DNA of 64,000 nt from an uncultured Chloroflexia bacterium (GTDB taxonomy: Bacteria > Chloroflexota > Limnocylindria > Limnocylindrales > CSP1-4), in NCBI GenBank assembly GCA_963819655.1, contig CAWFXA010000002.1, positions 1,472,001-1,536,000 of the forward strand, read 5' to 3'. This document shows, piece after piece, positions 37,539-49,163 of the stretch. The notes beneath the pieces were generated by a model. The model saw nothing but the letters and a program-made list of their open reading frames with translations. It searched no databases and was not told the origin of the DNA. Both the position numbers and the translations under genes were made by a program. Positions within the stretch are counted from its first letter, which is position 1. Each line of letters begins with the position of its first letter.

Positions 37539-39305
37539 CTAGGAGCCCTGGCCGACGGCTTGCGTTTGGGTCGACGTCTCGGGCTCCGCAGGCTCGGCGA
37601 CGGGGACCGCGACGTGAACGCGGACGATGGTCGGGTCGACGCCCTGGGCGGCAAGTGAGCCGATCTCAGGCGTCACGATGTCGACGACGAGCAGATAGTC
37701 GCCGGGTGCACTCGGCGCGAAGATCACGACCTCGGTCTTGGTGACGGCTCGAGGAGCGAAACCGGGTGGGAGTGCGGCCGCCCTCACGGATGCGGCGGCC
37801 GCTGCCTCGGTCTGGACCGGATCGTCGCCGCCGCCGAGCGACACCCACGTCCCGACGAGACGGGCATGGGTCGCCTTGGCGGAGCCGGTCGGGTTACGTG
37901 AGTTGTCGGCGGTCTTCGCGCCCGGGACGGCCTTCTGGCCCCATTCCTGGTGGCCGAGGTTCGTGACCCACAGCGTGAGCTCGTGGGCCGCGCCCGGGGC
38001 GATCTCGAGCACCTGGGGGCCGACGACGCCCGCGTCGTGCGGACCGGTCAGGCGCACGATCAGCGACGGCAGCATGGCCTGGCTCGTGGCGTCATAGGCG
38101 ACCCCCTCCTTGTCGTGGAGGCTCACCGACAGCCGATAGCGACCCGGCGCCGCCGGCGCGGTCACCCGGATGGACAGGTTCTTCCTGTCGATCCGAAGCG
38201 CGCTCGGCGCGACCACGTCGCCGATCCGTTCCGGGGTGACGAGGCCGAAATCGGGTGCGACCTCGGGGTCGGCCGCCGCTGACGCTGCGGGGTCGAGGGG
38301 ATCCCAGCGGACGCTCGCCTGGATGTCATCGGGCAGCTGGTCGCGGGACCGGATGGCGTACGGGATGCGGTACCACAGCGTCCCGCCCGCGACGGTCGAC
38401 CGGAGGGTCGGCATCTTGATCGTCAGGCCCGTCCCAGCGAGGCTCGGGACGAGCGACGCGGGATCGACGGTCGGGCGGCTGCCGGCGGCTCGACCGCGGG
38501 CGTGGCTGAGGACGTCCTTCGAGGCAAGGCCGCGCTTGAGGACGATCGAGCGCGTGAAGCCCGAGTCGCCGTGCTCCGGGTCCATCTCGGCGACGTACCC
38601 GTCGCTTCGAACGCTCTCGAAGCCGAACGTGTTGCCGTTCGCGCTCGGCGCATGGCGCCACGCGGATTCGATCCCGCCACGCCCCGCCAGTACGGACCGG
38701 ACCATGTGATTCGGGCTGGTGTACGCCTCGGCGACGACCGCCGCGGCGCCGGATCGGATGAACCCCGCGGCGAAGTTGTCGACGCGCTGCTTGGCCATCT
38801 TCAGCGTGCCCTCGGGCAGGCCCGGCTCGGAGTTCCCCGAGGCGTAGCAGAGATGGTTCAGCAGCACGACCGCATTGGGCGCCAGCCGGATGCTCTCGGC
38901 GATCCTGGACTCACCGAAGTACTGGTGGGTGCTGTCGCCGCTGCCGGCCGATGGGTTCAGGCCGAAGCCGTTCTGGCTGGGCGGGTAGAGCTCGTCCCGG
39001 TACCTGCTCGGCCAGCCGTTGCCGTGGCCCATGTAGATGACGAGGCTCGCTCCCTGGAGCGCCTGCTCCACGGCCGGCCAGGTCGCGTTCGGGGAGTAGA
39101 TCTCTGTGACGTCGGGCGTGTACCTGCGGGCCAGCGCGGCGGCCTTGCGCGCCTCGGCTCGGTAGCGGTCTGTTGCGCCGCCCGACGGTCCGACGACGAG
39201 GACGACCTTCGGGACACCGGTGGTCGACGGCGCGGCGAGAACGCCAGGCGCGACCAGACCTGCGCCTAGCAGAGCGGCGAGGAGTCCGACGATCAGCCGT
39301 CTCAC
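37539..39305 (-). CDS. Secreted protein with possible caspase/gingipain-like (clan CD) N-terminal domain and Ig-like C-terminal domains
   Basis: Signal peptide from GTG 39305; LVIYMGHG and VLLNHLCYASG; two AP..PG.Y.L...D motifs. Confidence 0.65.
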   Translation of the reverse strand: MRRLIVGLLAALLGAGLVAPGVLAAPSTTGVPKVVLVVGPSGGATDRYRAEARKAAALARRYTPDVTEIYSPNATWPAVEQALQGASLVIYMGHGNGWPSRYRDELYPPSQNGFGLNPSAGSGDSTHQYFGESRIAESIRLAPNAVVLLNHLCYASGNSEPGLPEGTLKMAKQRVDNFAAGFIRSGAAAVVAEAYTSPNHMVRSVLAGRGGIESAWRHAPSANGNTFGFESVRSDGYVAEMDPEHGDSGFTRSIVLKRGLASKDVLSHARGRAAGSRPTVDPASLVPSLAGTGLTIKMPTLRSTVAGGTLWYRIPYAIRSRDQLPDDIQASVRWDPLDPAASAAADPEVAPDFGLVTPERIGDVVAPSALRIDRKNLSIRVTAPAAPGRYRLSVSLHDKEGVAYDATSQAMLPSLIVRLTGPHDAGVVGPQVLEIAPGAAHELTLWVTNLGHQEWGQKAVPGAKTADNSRNPTGSAKATHARLVGTWVSLGGGDDPVQTEAAAAASVRAAALPPGFAPRAVTKTEVVIFAPSAPGDYLLVVDIVTPEIGSLAAQGVDPTIVRVHVAVPVAEPAEPETSTQTQAVGQGS

Positions 39306-39505
39306 GACGGGCCGTGCTCCACGACAGGCACCCCCCAACGACCGGCGGTCACTCAAGACTCCGCCAGGCGATGAGCCTAGTCCAATCGGAGTCGACGACA
39401 CCATACTCATAGGGCGTTATCTGGCCCTTATCAGTTCGAAATCGAACACTAACGGTGCGCCCTGGCACCAAAGAGTCCACGCAGAGTCCGGCGTACCATC
39501 GGGCC

Positions 39506-41571
<2,066 letters not shown>

Positions 41572-41575
<4 letters not shown>

Positions 41576-42504
41576 CCCTGCGTCGAGCCGCCGGCCAAAG
41601 CTCCGGCGATCCCCGCCGCGAATCGATTCAACGCCGCGCCCATGGAGTCCGCGTGGTCGGGGTTGATCTCGGTGATAACCAGTCCACCGAACCGGGAGCT
41701 GCCCGCGAACACGGCGAGGCATTTCATCGCCTCATCGAGCAGCAGCCCTCGATCCTCCGGCTGGTCGGCGAGCGGGCAGTCCAGGAAGTCGAGCACGTCG
41801 ACATCGAAATGCACGAGGAACGGCCCGCCCTCGCGCTCGATCGCGACGCGAGCCTCGGTGGCAGCTTCGACAGGGCGACCGGCGACGACCTCGAGCGGGT
41901 AGCTGCGGAAGTCGTGCCTAGCGAACACGACCCCCTCGACATCCCGGGGATCCTCCGACGGCCGCACCGACACCGCGCTCTGACCGAAGAACATGACCTT
42001 GCCCGTCTCGAGCATCGGTGTGGTGGGGCCGAGGCCGGCGAGCTCGCGAGCGGCACCCGGCTCGTCCAGGAGGTGCGCCACGCCCATCGAGTCCATGTGG
42101 CCGGCGGGTTGCGTCTCGGGCACGTAGAGATCGACACCGCCGTCGACGTAGAGCAGGCTCGGATCGAGTCCGGCTCGCAGCATCCCAGCGACCACGCCGA
42201 CGGTGATCGTGCAGTCACCACCGACGACGAGCGGGATCTCGCCGGCCCGGACCACCGCGGCGATCGACCCGGCCACTTCCGAGGCGACAGACACGACCGC
42301 CGCAAGGTTCTGCGGGGTGCGCGTGGCGTGATCGGGACGCCAGCGAAACAGCGGCAGATCACCATGGTCACGCACCTCCAGGCGGTTCGCGTCGAGAAGC
42401 TCGAGCAGACCGGCGGCGCGCAGGGCGGCGGGGCCTTTCTCCTGCCCTGGAGTCCGGGCACCGGCACTCGATGGAACGCCAAGGAGCCCGAATGTCCGCG
42501 CCAT
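41572..42504 (-). CDS. Arginase/ureohydrolase-family protein with divergent metal ligands
   Basis: G.E.GP.ALR, GGDCTI, YVDGGVD, HFDVDVLD, ITEINPD. Confidence 0.82.
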
Positions 42505-42521
42505 GCTCCTAGGATGGCGAT

Positions 42522-43787
42522 GTGTCGACGCCCCTGCCTGCCGCGACCGTCGTCTTGCTCCGACCCGGTTCGGCCGGCCTGGAGGTGCTGCTGACGCGTC
42601 GGCCGGTGTCGATGGCCTTCGCGCCGGACATGCATGTGTTCCCGGGCGGACGGGTCGACGCCGCCGACGCGGACCCGCGGCTGCTCGCGCGATCCGTCGT
42701 CACCGGTGAGGAGGCCGCGGCGGCGCTCGGCGGGGACCTGTCGCCGACCGAGGCGTTGGCCGCGTACGTGGCGGCCATCCGTGAGGCGTTCGAGGAGGTC
42801 GGCGTGCTGCTGGCGGACTGCCCGGCAGGCGTGGACCTCGCGGCGCCGCGCCGTCGATTGCTGGCGTCTGCAGACATCTTCCCCGCGATCGCCGAGGAGT
42901 TCGACCTGCGCTTGCGCACGGATCGACTCGTGCCACTGTCGCGCTGGGTGACGCCGCCGATCATGGAGCGCCGATTCGACGCGCGGTTCTTTGCGGCAGA
43001 CCTGCCCGAGGCCGCGGAGGCGACGCTGGTCGGCGAGGAGGTCGTCGAGCACGGCTGGCATCGACCGGTCGACGCGCTGGAGTCGATGGCGCGAGGCGAG
43101 CTCGGCATGTGGCTGCCGACGTCGACGACGCTGACGCAACTGCTCCACGTCTCGTCGATCGACGAGATCCGGTCGCGCCTGGCGCCGGGGCGGTTGGGGG
43201 AGGTCAGTGTCGAGCAGATCGGGGAGGACATCGTTCGCATCGAGATGCCCGCCGGTGGCGGCGTCGCCGGTCAGCCGGTCAACGCATACCTCGCCGGTCG
43301 CGAACGTTTCCTCTTGATCGACCCGGGAGACCCGACCGGACCCGGCCTGGACCGGGCGCTCGAGGAGGCCGCACGTCGCGGGGGCCGGATCGCGGCGATC
43401 GCGCTGACACATGCCGATCCGGATCACGCCGGTGGCGCCGAGGGGCTTCGGGAGCAGCTCGGCATCGAGGTCCTCGTCGGTTCGGGTGGCGGTCGGCACC
43501 TGCCGTACCCCGTCGTGGAGGTCGTTGACGGGACCTACATCCCGGCCGGCGACGTGCCGCTGCAGGTTGTGGCGACGCCGGGGTTGTCCCCGGATCACCT
43601 CGCGTTCGTCGTCGGGGAGCGCCAGTTTGCCATCACGGGCGATCTGGACGGCACGCGTGGCGCCCGCATGATCCCTGGCCCGATCGACCACGAGGCGTGG
43701 CGTGCGTCGGTGGCACGCCTCTACGCGTCCGCGCCGGCAGCGCGATGGCTTGGTGGACACCCGCGACCTGTGGACGCCCCGCACTAG
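42522..43787 (+). CDS. NUDIX hydrolase-metallo-beta-lactamase fold fusion
   Basis: AATVVLLR, VFPGGRVD, AAIREAFEEVGV, WVTP..RRFDARFF; then IDPG, THADPDH, TPG.SPDH, TGD, GGH. Confidence 0.82.
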   Translation: MSTPLPAATVVLLRPGSAGLEVLLTRRPVSMAFAPDMHVFPGGRVDAADADPRLLARSVVTGEEAAAALGGDLSPTEALAAYVAAIREAFEEVGVLLADCPAGVDLAAPRRRLLASADIFPAIAEEFDLRLRTDRLVPLSRWVTPPIMERRFDARFFAADLPEAAEATLVGEEVVEHGWHRPVDALESMARGELGMWLPTSTTLTQLLHVSSIDEIRSRLAPGRLGEVSVEQIGEDIVRIEMPAGGGVAGQPVNAYLAGRERFLLIDPGDPTGPGLDRALEEAARRGGRIAAIALTHADPDHAGGAEGLREQLGIEVLVGSGGGRHLPYPVVEVVDGTYIPAGDVPLQVVATPGLSPDHLAFVVGERQFAITGDLDGTRGARMIPGPIDHEAWRASVARLYASAPAARWLGGHPRPVDAPH

Positions 43788-43797
43788 ACTGGCCCGC

Positions 43798-44766
43798 ATG
43801 AACGACGGCGTGACTGATTCGCCGATCCCGGAAGCACGCGGTCCGCACCTGCCCGACGTGCTGACTCGGCAGTCCATCTGGGTGTTCGTGTTCGGTCTCG
43901 CCGCGGTGTTCATCCTGTGGAGCGTCTGGCGACGGTGGACGGCGGAGTACACGATCGTGGACCTGAACGCCGTGTCGGCACTCCTGTTCGGACTCATCCC
44001 GGGCGTGGTGGCGCCGCTCTTCGGGGTCGCGCTCTTCGCCCGCCATCCGGATGCGCGACGGACCATGCCGTTGCTCGTCTTCGGCCTCGTCCTCTTTGCG
44101 TTCGCCGAGCTCCTGGAGACATTCGACCGCGCCATCTTCGAGGCGCTTGTCGCCTTCACGCCGGAGGACACCGGCCCGGTCACGCCGGCGGTCGTCGCGT
44201 TCGGCGTGTTCACGGCGCTGCTCGGGATGTTCGCCGCGCTCTACACGGGAGCGGGCTTGTCGAGCGCGCGCCGCCTTGAGCGCAGCGCCGCGGAGCGCCC
44301 GCTGATGATCTGGCTCGTTGCCCTCGGGGTCGTCAGCGCGGTCGTGTCGATCGCGTCCATCGTGCCGTTGCTGAGTGGAACACCCGCTCCGGGAGATCTC
44401 CTCCAGCTCGCCGTCAGCTTGGTCGTGAGCTTGCTCGTGACGCTGGCGTGGGCCTATCTCGTGACGGTCACGGTCGGCGGCTGGCTGTCGGGCGACGTGC
44501 CTCGACGGGCCTGGGCTCTGGCCGCAGTCGCCACCACCGTGCTGTTCGCGGTGCGGCTGACGATCGGGGCCGTACTCGGGACCGGGGAGCCGTGGATCAC
44601 GATCGTGATCGTCGCGGGCTACGCATCGCTGGTCGCATGGGTGCTGCTGCTGGTCGCGTTCTGGCTCGGTCTGCCGTCGCCGCGCGATCCTGTCGCGGAA
44701 CCGTCCGCGGACGAGCCTACGGTCGATCCACAGGAAGCGACGCTGCCAGGTTCCGCAGCAGGTTGA
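43798..44766 (+). CDS. Multi-pass membrane protein of unknown function
   Basis: About 8 hydrophobic segments; TAGACT -10 lies 7 nt before the ATG. Confidence 0.7.
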   Translation: MNDGVTDSPIPEARGPHLPDVLTRQSIWVFVFGLAAVFILWSVWRRWTAEYTIVDLNAVSALLFGLIPGVVAPLFGVALFARHPDARRTMPLLVFGLVLFAFAELLETFDRAIFEALVAFTPEDTGPVTPAVVAFGVFTALLGMFAALYTGAGLSSARRLERSAAERPLMIWLVALGVVSAVVSIASIVPLLSGTPAPGDLLQLAVSLVVSLLVTLAWAYLVTVTVGGWLSGDVPRRAWALAAVATTVLFAVRLTIGAVLGTGEPWITIVIVAGYASLVAWVLLLVAFWLGLPSPRDPVAEPSADEPTVDPQEATLPGSAAG

Positions 44767-45319
44767 GGCCTTCGTCGACCTGCTCGGTCGTCGCGTACGG
44801 ACCGGGCATGAGGAAGCACGGCCGACCGGCCAGCGCGACGCCCTTCAGCTGACCCCACGGCTCGTCCAGCTCGCGGCCAGCGGCGGTCTGGGCCACACGC
44901 TTGTAGATGAACACGACCGCGCCCGGTCGCCAGAGCGCGATCTTCTGCCAGAGCGGGCCCACGCCTTCACGCAGCTGTTCGTCCGTGGCCTCGTCTCGTG
45001 CCGTCGGGCGCTTGATCAGGTCGGTGATCCCGTGGCCGGCCAAGACGAGGGCGTCGTCCGCCGCGGTGACGTCGGTGCGGAGCGGGATGATGCCCGTATG
45101 CATCAGCCGCTGCCAGAATTGCTGCCCGAGACGCCCTTGGTGGTAATGGCCGGCCGCGACGCTGACCGGCGATGGGTTCAGGCCGACGAACAGCAGGCCG
45201 TCACGTCTGGGTGGCAGGTCGGCGAGCGTCTCGGTCGGGACGCCGTCGATCTCGATCGTCGTTCGATGCGGACCCGGGTCGGGTCGCCGGATGAGAGCCT
45301 CGAGTTCGTCCGGGGTCAC
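44717..45319 (-). CDS. mug: Mismatch-specific uracil-DNA glycosylase (Mug/TDG family)
   Basis: LFVGLNPS..S...GHY......FW, GITDLIKRPT. Confidence 0.8.
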   Translation of the reverse strand: MTPDELEALIRRPDPGPHRTTIEIDGVPTETLADLPPRRDGLLFVGLNPSPVSVAAGHYHQGRLGQQFWQRLMHTGIIPLRTDVTAADDALVLAGHGITDLIKRPTARDEATDEQLREGVGPLWQKIALWRPGAVVFIYKRVAQTAAGRELDEPWGQLKGVALAGRPCFLMPGPYATTEQVDEGLNLLRNLAASLPVDRP

Positions 45320-45609
45320 GCCGTGTCGGGCGGCCTGCGGTCGGCCGGTGGGGTGTCCGTCTCCGCGTCCGCCGGGGTCTCCGCCGGCGCGTCTGCCGGT
45401 CCGTCAGCCGGTGCTCGGTCCGTCTCGCCGGTGGACGTCGACTCGTCCGACGCGCGCGCCTGGATCTCGGCCTGCGCCTTCGATGCCTCATCGCGCGCTT
45501 CGCGCACACCCCGCCCGAGCGCCTGCCCCAGCTTGGGCAGCGTCTTTGGCCCGCGCCACAGCAGCACGAGCGCGAGGATCACGATGAGCACGAGACCGAT
45601 GTCCTGCAT
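45316..45609 (-). CDS. tatA: TatA/TatB-family twin-arginine translocase subunit
   Basis: N-terminal TM, then GPKTLPKLGQALGRGVRE amphipathic helix and acidic tail. Confidence 0.75.
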   Translation of the reverse strand: MQDIGLVLIVILALVLLWRGPKTLPKLGQALGRGVREARDEASKAQAEIQARASDESTSTGETDRAPADGPADAPAETPADAETDTPPADRRPPDTA

Positions 45610-45650
45610 CCGCGGATGGTAGCGCGGCGGCACCCGCTATCGTGCCGGTC

Positions 45651-47342
45651 ATGCTGCTCGTCTTCGGGCCACGCTCCACCGACTACGATTTCGGGGCCGA
45701 CCATCCCCTGACGCCTCGCCGTTTCGGGCCTGGGATCGATCTCCTCCGCTCGGTCGGGGCCGAGCCGGGTCTGGCGCCCGAGCCGGCGCCCGACGCCGAC
45801 CTGTTGCTGTGCCACGCGGCCGAGTACCTCGAGGTCGTGAAGCGGTTCTCCGTGGATCCGTTCGGGTTCCCAGAGGCAGGGATCGGCATCTCCGACAACC
45901 CGCCGTTCCCGGGCATGCACGACGCCGCCGCAGCGGTGGCCGGTGGCTCGTTGCGCGCGATGGAGGCGATCCTCGACGGCGATGTCGAGCATGCCTTCCA
46001 CCCGGGTGGCGGCCTGCACCACGCGATGCGCGCGCGGGCGTCCGGTTTCTGCATCTTCAACGACCCGGCACTGGCGATCGCGCGTGCGCGCCGGGACGGG
46101 TTGCGGGTGCTGTACATCGACCTCGACGTCCATCACGGCGACGGTGTCCAGGCGCTGTTCTGGGACGACCCGGGCGTGCTGACGTTCTCGATCCACGAGA
46201 GTGGTCATTACCTGTTTCCGGGCACAGGCGATGTCGCGGAGGTGGGGGAAGGCGTCGCCGCGGGGACCGCTGTCAACGTCCCGCTCCTGCCAGGGACCGG
46301 GGATCGGGCCTGGGTGGCCATCCTGGAGATGCTGCTCCCCGAATTGGCCGCCGCGTTCGGGCCGGACCTGATCGTGTCGCAGCACGGGGCAGACTCGCAT
46401 GCATGGGATCCGCTCGCGCATCTCGACGTCACGACGACGGGCCACGGACGGGCGGCGCGGCTGGTCGACCAGCTGGCGCATCGATTCGGGCGTGGTCGAT
46501 GGCTCGCGACAGGCGGCGGCGGGTACGACGCATATCGGGTGGTGCCCCGGACCTGGTCCCTGACCTGGCTGGCCGGGGCGCATCTCGAGGTGCCGGCTTC
46601 GATGCCGGGGGAGTGGCGCGAACGGTGGACGGCCGAGGCGACACGGTACGGGCAGGTGCCGCTCCCCGCGACGTTCGACGACGGCGTGATCGCCGACGAC
46701 GACCTTGACCCGGAACAGGCCGCTCTCTACCTCGCGGCGCTCGAGGTGGCCGGCCTCGCCCGCTGGGCCACGATCCCGCGGCTCGTCAGCGAGGCCGTGG
46801 ACCGTGGGTGGTGGAACCCGATGGTGCCCGCATCCGGGTTGATGCCCGCGACAGCGGACGAGATGGCGGGAACCCCGACCATCGTCCGGTCGGTGGACGC
46901 CACCACCTGGGCGCGGCTCACGTTGCAGCCTGGCGTCGTCGCGCCGGCCGATCCCGCCAGCGCGCATGACCTGATCGCGGCGGGCCTCTTGTCGGCTGAT
47001 CCGGCTCGCGTCTCTGCGGCGGTCGTCGGGTCCAGCGTTGTCGGACTCGTCGTGTCGGCGCCGGCGGATCCGCGGGACGGGGAGATGGAGATGCTGGGGC
47101 TTGGCGTCGCCCCCGCGTTTCGTCGGCTGGGTCTCGCCGGCCGGTTGCTCGCGGAGCACGCCGAGTCAGGCACGCTCGCGAGCGTGACGCTGGCCGAGCG
47201 AGACGTCGTCGAACCGCTCGATCGCGGACTTCGAGCGTCGATCGCGCGTCGCCTTCTCGAAGGCGCCGGGTTCGAACTGAAGGCCGCCGACGGAGCCATC
47301 CGTGGCGTCGACCCGCTGGCGTTCACCGCTTGGCTGCCCTGA
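45651..47342 (+). CDS. acuC: AcuC-type (HDAC family) deacetylase fused to a C-terminal GNAT domain
   Basis: HPL.P.R, GGLHHA, SGFCIFND, DLDVHHGDG, GADSH..DPL, GGGGY; C-terminal LGVAPAFRRLGLAGRLL...GF. Confidence 0.88.
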   Translation: MLLVFGPRSTDYDFGADHPLTPRRFGPGIDLLRSVGAEPGLAPEPAPDADLLLCHAAEYLEVVKRFSVDPFGFPEAGIGISDNPPFPGMHDAAAAVAGGSLRAMEAILDGDVEHAFHPGGGLHHAMRARASGFCIFNDPALAIARARRDGLRVLYIDLDVHHGDGVQALFWDDPGVLTFSIHESGHYLFPGTGDVAEVGEGVAAGTAVNVPLLPGTGDRAWVAILEMLLPELAAAFGPDLIVSQHGADSHAWDPLAHLDVTTTGHGRAARLVDQLAHRFGRGRWLATGGGGYDAYRVVPRTWSLTWLAGAHLEVPASMPGEWRERWTAEATRYGQVPLPATFDDGVIADDDLDPEQAALYLAALEVAGLARWATIPRLVSEAVDRGWWNPMVPASGLMPATADEMAGTPTIVRSVDATTWARLTLQPGVVAPADPASAHDLIAAGLLSADPARVSAAVVGSSVVGLVVSAPADPRDGEMEMLGLGVAPAFRRLGLAGRLLAEHAESGTLASVTLAERDVVEPLDRGLRASIARRLLEGAGFELKAADGAIRGVDPLAFTAWLP

Positions 47343-47723
47343 CCCAGGCTGTGCCGGGTCGGCTCGGAGATCGAACGTCCCGAGCCAGGTCGGGCCGCCC
47401 GACGCGATCACCGGCTCGTCGCCGGCCGGCATATGCCCGATGACGTAGCGCTCCAGGCCCGCCGCATCATCGAAGAACGTCACGATCACGCGAGCGTGCG
47501 GTCGCGCCCGGCGGAGCTCCTGCGCGATGGCCGGCAGCCGTCGGCGGTCGGTGCCGGCCGCGACGACCACGTTGAGCGCGAGGACCGATCCGTCGTCGGC
47601 CACCCACCGCGCCGTGACAGCGACCTCCGCAGCCGGCGCAGGCGGCTGGGTCGATGGCGGCGGGGCCGCGCAGGCCAACGCCGCCATGACGACCAAGCCG
47701 ACGACGGCCGTCCTCAGCACCAC
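47166..47723 (-). CDS. Putative lipoprotein (3' end uncertain, probably near 47340)
   Basis: Lipobox-like ALAC followed by a Pro-rich linker. The start overlaps the end of the upstream gene; the long overlap with acuC suggests a 3' indel. Confidence 0.5.
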   Translation of the reverse strand: MVLRTAVVGLVVMAALACAAPPPSTQPPAPAAEVAVTARWVADDGSVLALNVVVAAGTDRRRLPAIAQELRRARPHARVIVTFFDDAAGLERYVIGHMPAGDEPVIASGGPTWLGTFDLRADPAQPGSGQPSGERQRVDATDGSVGGLQFEPGAFEKATRDRRSKSAIERFDDVSLGQRHARERA

Positions 47724-48301
47724 TTCGTCAGGCGGAACTCGATGCCCTGGAAGTTACGCGCGGTGCCGATCCCGATCTTCCTGTCCGAACCGATGAACGG
47801 CTCCTGCCAGACCTCGAAGCTGTACTCGAAGAAGACGTTGTAGGCGCGGATCGTCCAGCACGCGCCATTCGGCACAGTGGTGCTGGAGCGATATGCCACG
47901 GATTCGGATCGCTCCACGTTGAAGCCGACGCCGGCGGTCACGACCTCGGCGCTCACGCTGACGTTCGCCGAGAAGCTGTTCTTGACGGTCCGCGTGATAT
48001 CGATGCCGATCGTGGTCGGGCCGTTGCCCTGGACCATCGTCACGAACGGCTTGATCGTTCGCACGTACCGCCGGTTCTTGACATAGATGCAGTCCCAGAC
48101 GCACAGGGCCTGGGTCCCGGCCGTGCTGCTACCCGTCGCGGGCACGATGAGGCCCTTCGCGATCAGCTCGGCGCGGCTCACGAAGGTGACGACTTCCTTC
48201 CGGGAGCTTTCAGGGCTTCCGGCCGCGGCCGAGGCCGGAGCGACGAGCCCGACGGCGACCACGATGGCCAGGACGAGCGGGAACTTGAGCGAGCGACGCA
48301 T
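47714..48301 (-). CDS. Secreted beta-rich protein, aerolysin/ETX-MTX2-like pattern
   Basis: Signal peptide; SFSANVSVSAEVVTAGVGFNV amphipathic hairpin followed by S/T-rich strands and TVP; SD GAGGT. Confidence 0.65.
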   Translation of the reverse strand: MRRSLKFPLVLAIVVAVGLVAPASAAAGSPESSRKEVVTFVSRAELIAKGLIVPATGSSTAGTQALCVWDCIYVKNRRYVRTIKPFVTMVQGNGPTTIGIDITRTVKNSFSANVSVSAEVVTAGVGFNVERSESVAYRSSTTVPNGACWTIRAYNVFFEYSFEVWQEPFIGSDRKIGIGTARNFQGIEFRLTKWC

Positions 48302-48452
48302 GCCACCTACCTCATGTGGCGGGCTACCTCACGTGGCGGGCGACGGCTGTCCGGCGTCGGGAGCACCCTAGCGGGCCGCGCTCACCTCTCGCGTATCTGC
48401 CGCTCTACTGGCGCGTAGCTGTGCCGAACGTGGCCGACTTCGTCTCGCCGTA

Positions 48453-49163
48453 TCAGCCGGGTGCAGCGTTAGTCGCTCGCGGACCGACCAGGCGGTAGCC
48501 CAAGCCGTACTCCGTCGCGATCATCGACTCGCCGGGCGCCACCGCGTCCAGCTTGAGGCGCAGGTTGCGAACCGTCATGCGCAGCAGGTGCACGTCCCGG
48601 TCGTACCCGGCGCCCCAGACTCCGCCGAGCATCTGGCGATGGGTCACCAGCTGACCGCCGTGCTCGACGAGGAAGGCGAGCAGGCGGAATTCGGTCGGCG
48701 TGAGGCCGATCTCCACGCCTCGCAGGTGCGCACGATGCTCGTCGAGGTCGACCGCGAGCTCGCCGTGTCGGAGCCGTCGCGGTCGCTCCGGCGAGCTGGT
48801 CCCCGCCCGTCGCAACGCGGCCTCCACGCGGGCGAGGAGCTCCGGGAAGGACACCGGCTTCGTGATGTAGTCGTCCGCCCCGAGCTTCAGGCCACGGATC
48901 TTCTCCGCCTCCGAGCCGCGGGCGGTGACCATAAGGATCGGCACGCGGCTGAACTCGCGAAGGCGCTCGAGCAATTGCCAGCCGTCCAGGCCGGGCAGCG
49001 CGACGTCGAGGACGACGAGGTCGGGGCGTTCATCGTGGAAGCGGCGCAGGGCGTCGGGTCCGGTACGTGCCGTGACGGTTCGGTAGCCGGCCTGCCCGAC
49101 CCACAGTTCGACGAGCGCTGCGAACTCGGGCTCGTCCTCGACGATCAGCACGGTCTCAGCCAT
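48453..49163 (-). CDS. OmpR/PhoB-family response regulator
   Basis: LIVEDE, LDVALPGLDG, VTAR, GADDYITKP, LTPTEFRLL, T.YG.GYR. Confidence 0.95.
   Translation of the reverse strand: MAETVLIVEDEPEFAALVELWVGQAGYRTVTARTGPDALRRFHDERPDLVVLDVALPGLDGWQLLERLREFSRVPILMVTARGSEAEKIRGLKLGADDYITKPVSFPELLARVEAALRRAGTSSPERPRRLRHGELAVDLDEHRAHLRGVEIGLTPTEFRLLAFLVEHGGQLVTHRQMLGGVWGAGYDRDVHLLRMTVRNLRLKLDAVAPGESMIATEYGLGYRLVGPRATNAAPG

Noticed and set aside
33400-37540. Prophage or integrative element around the R-M and TA genes
   Set aside because: No integrase, transposase, tRNA target or flanking direct repeats were found.
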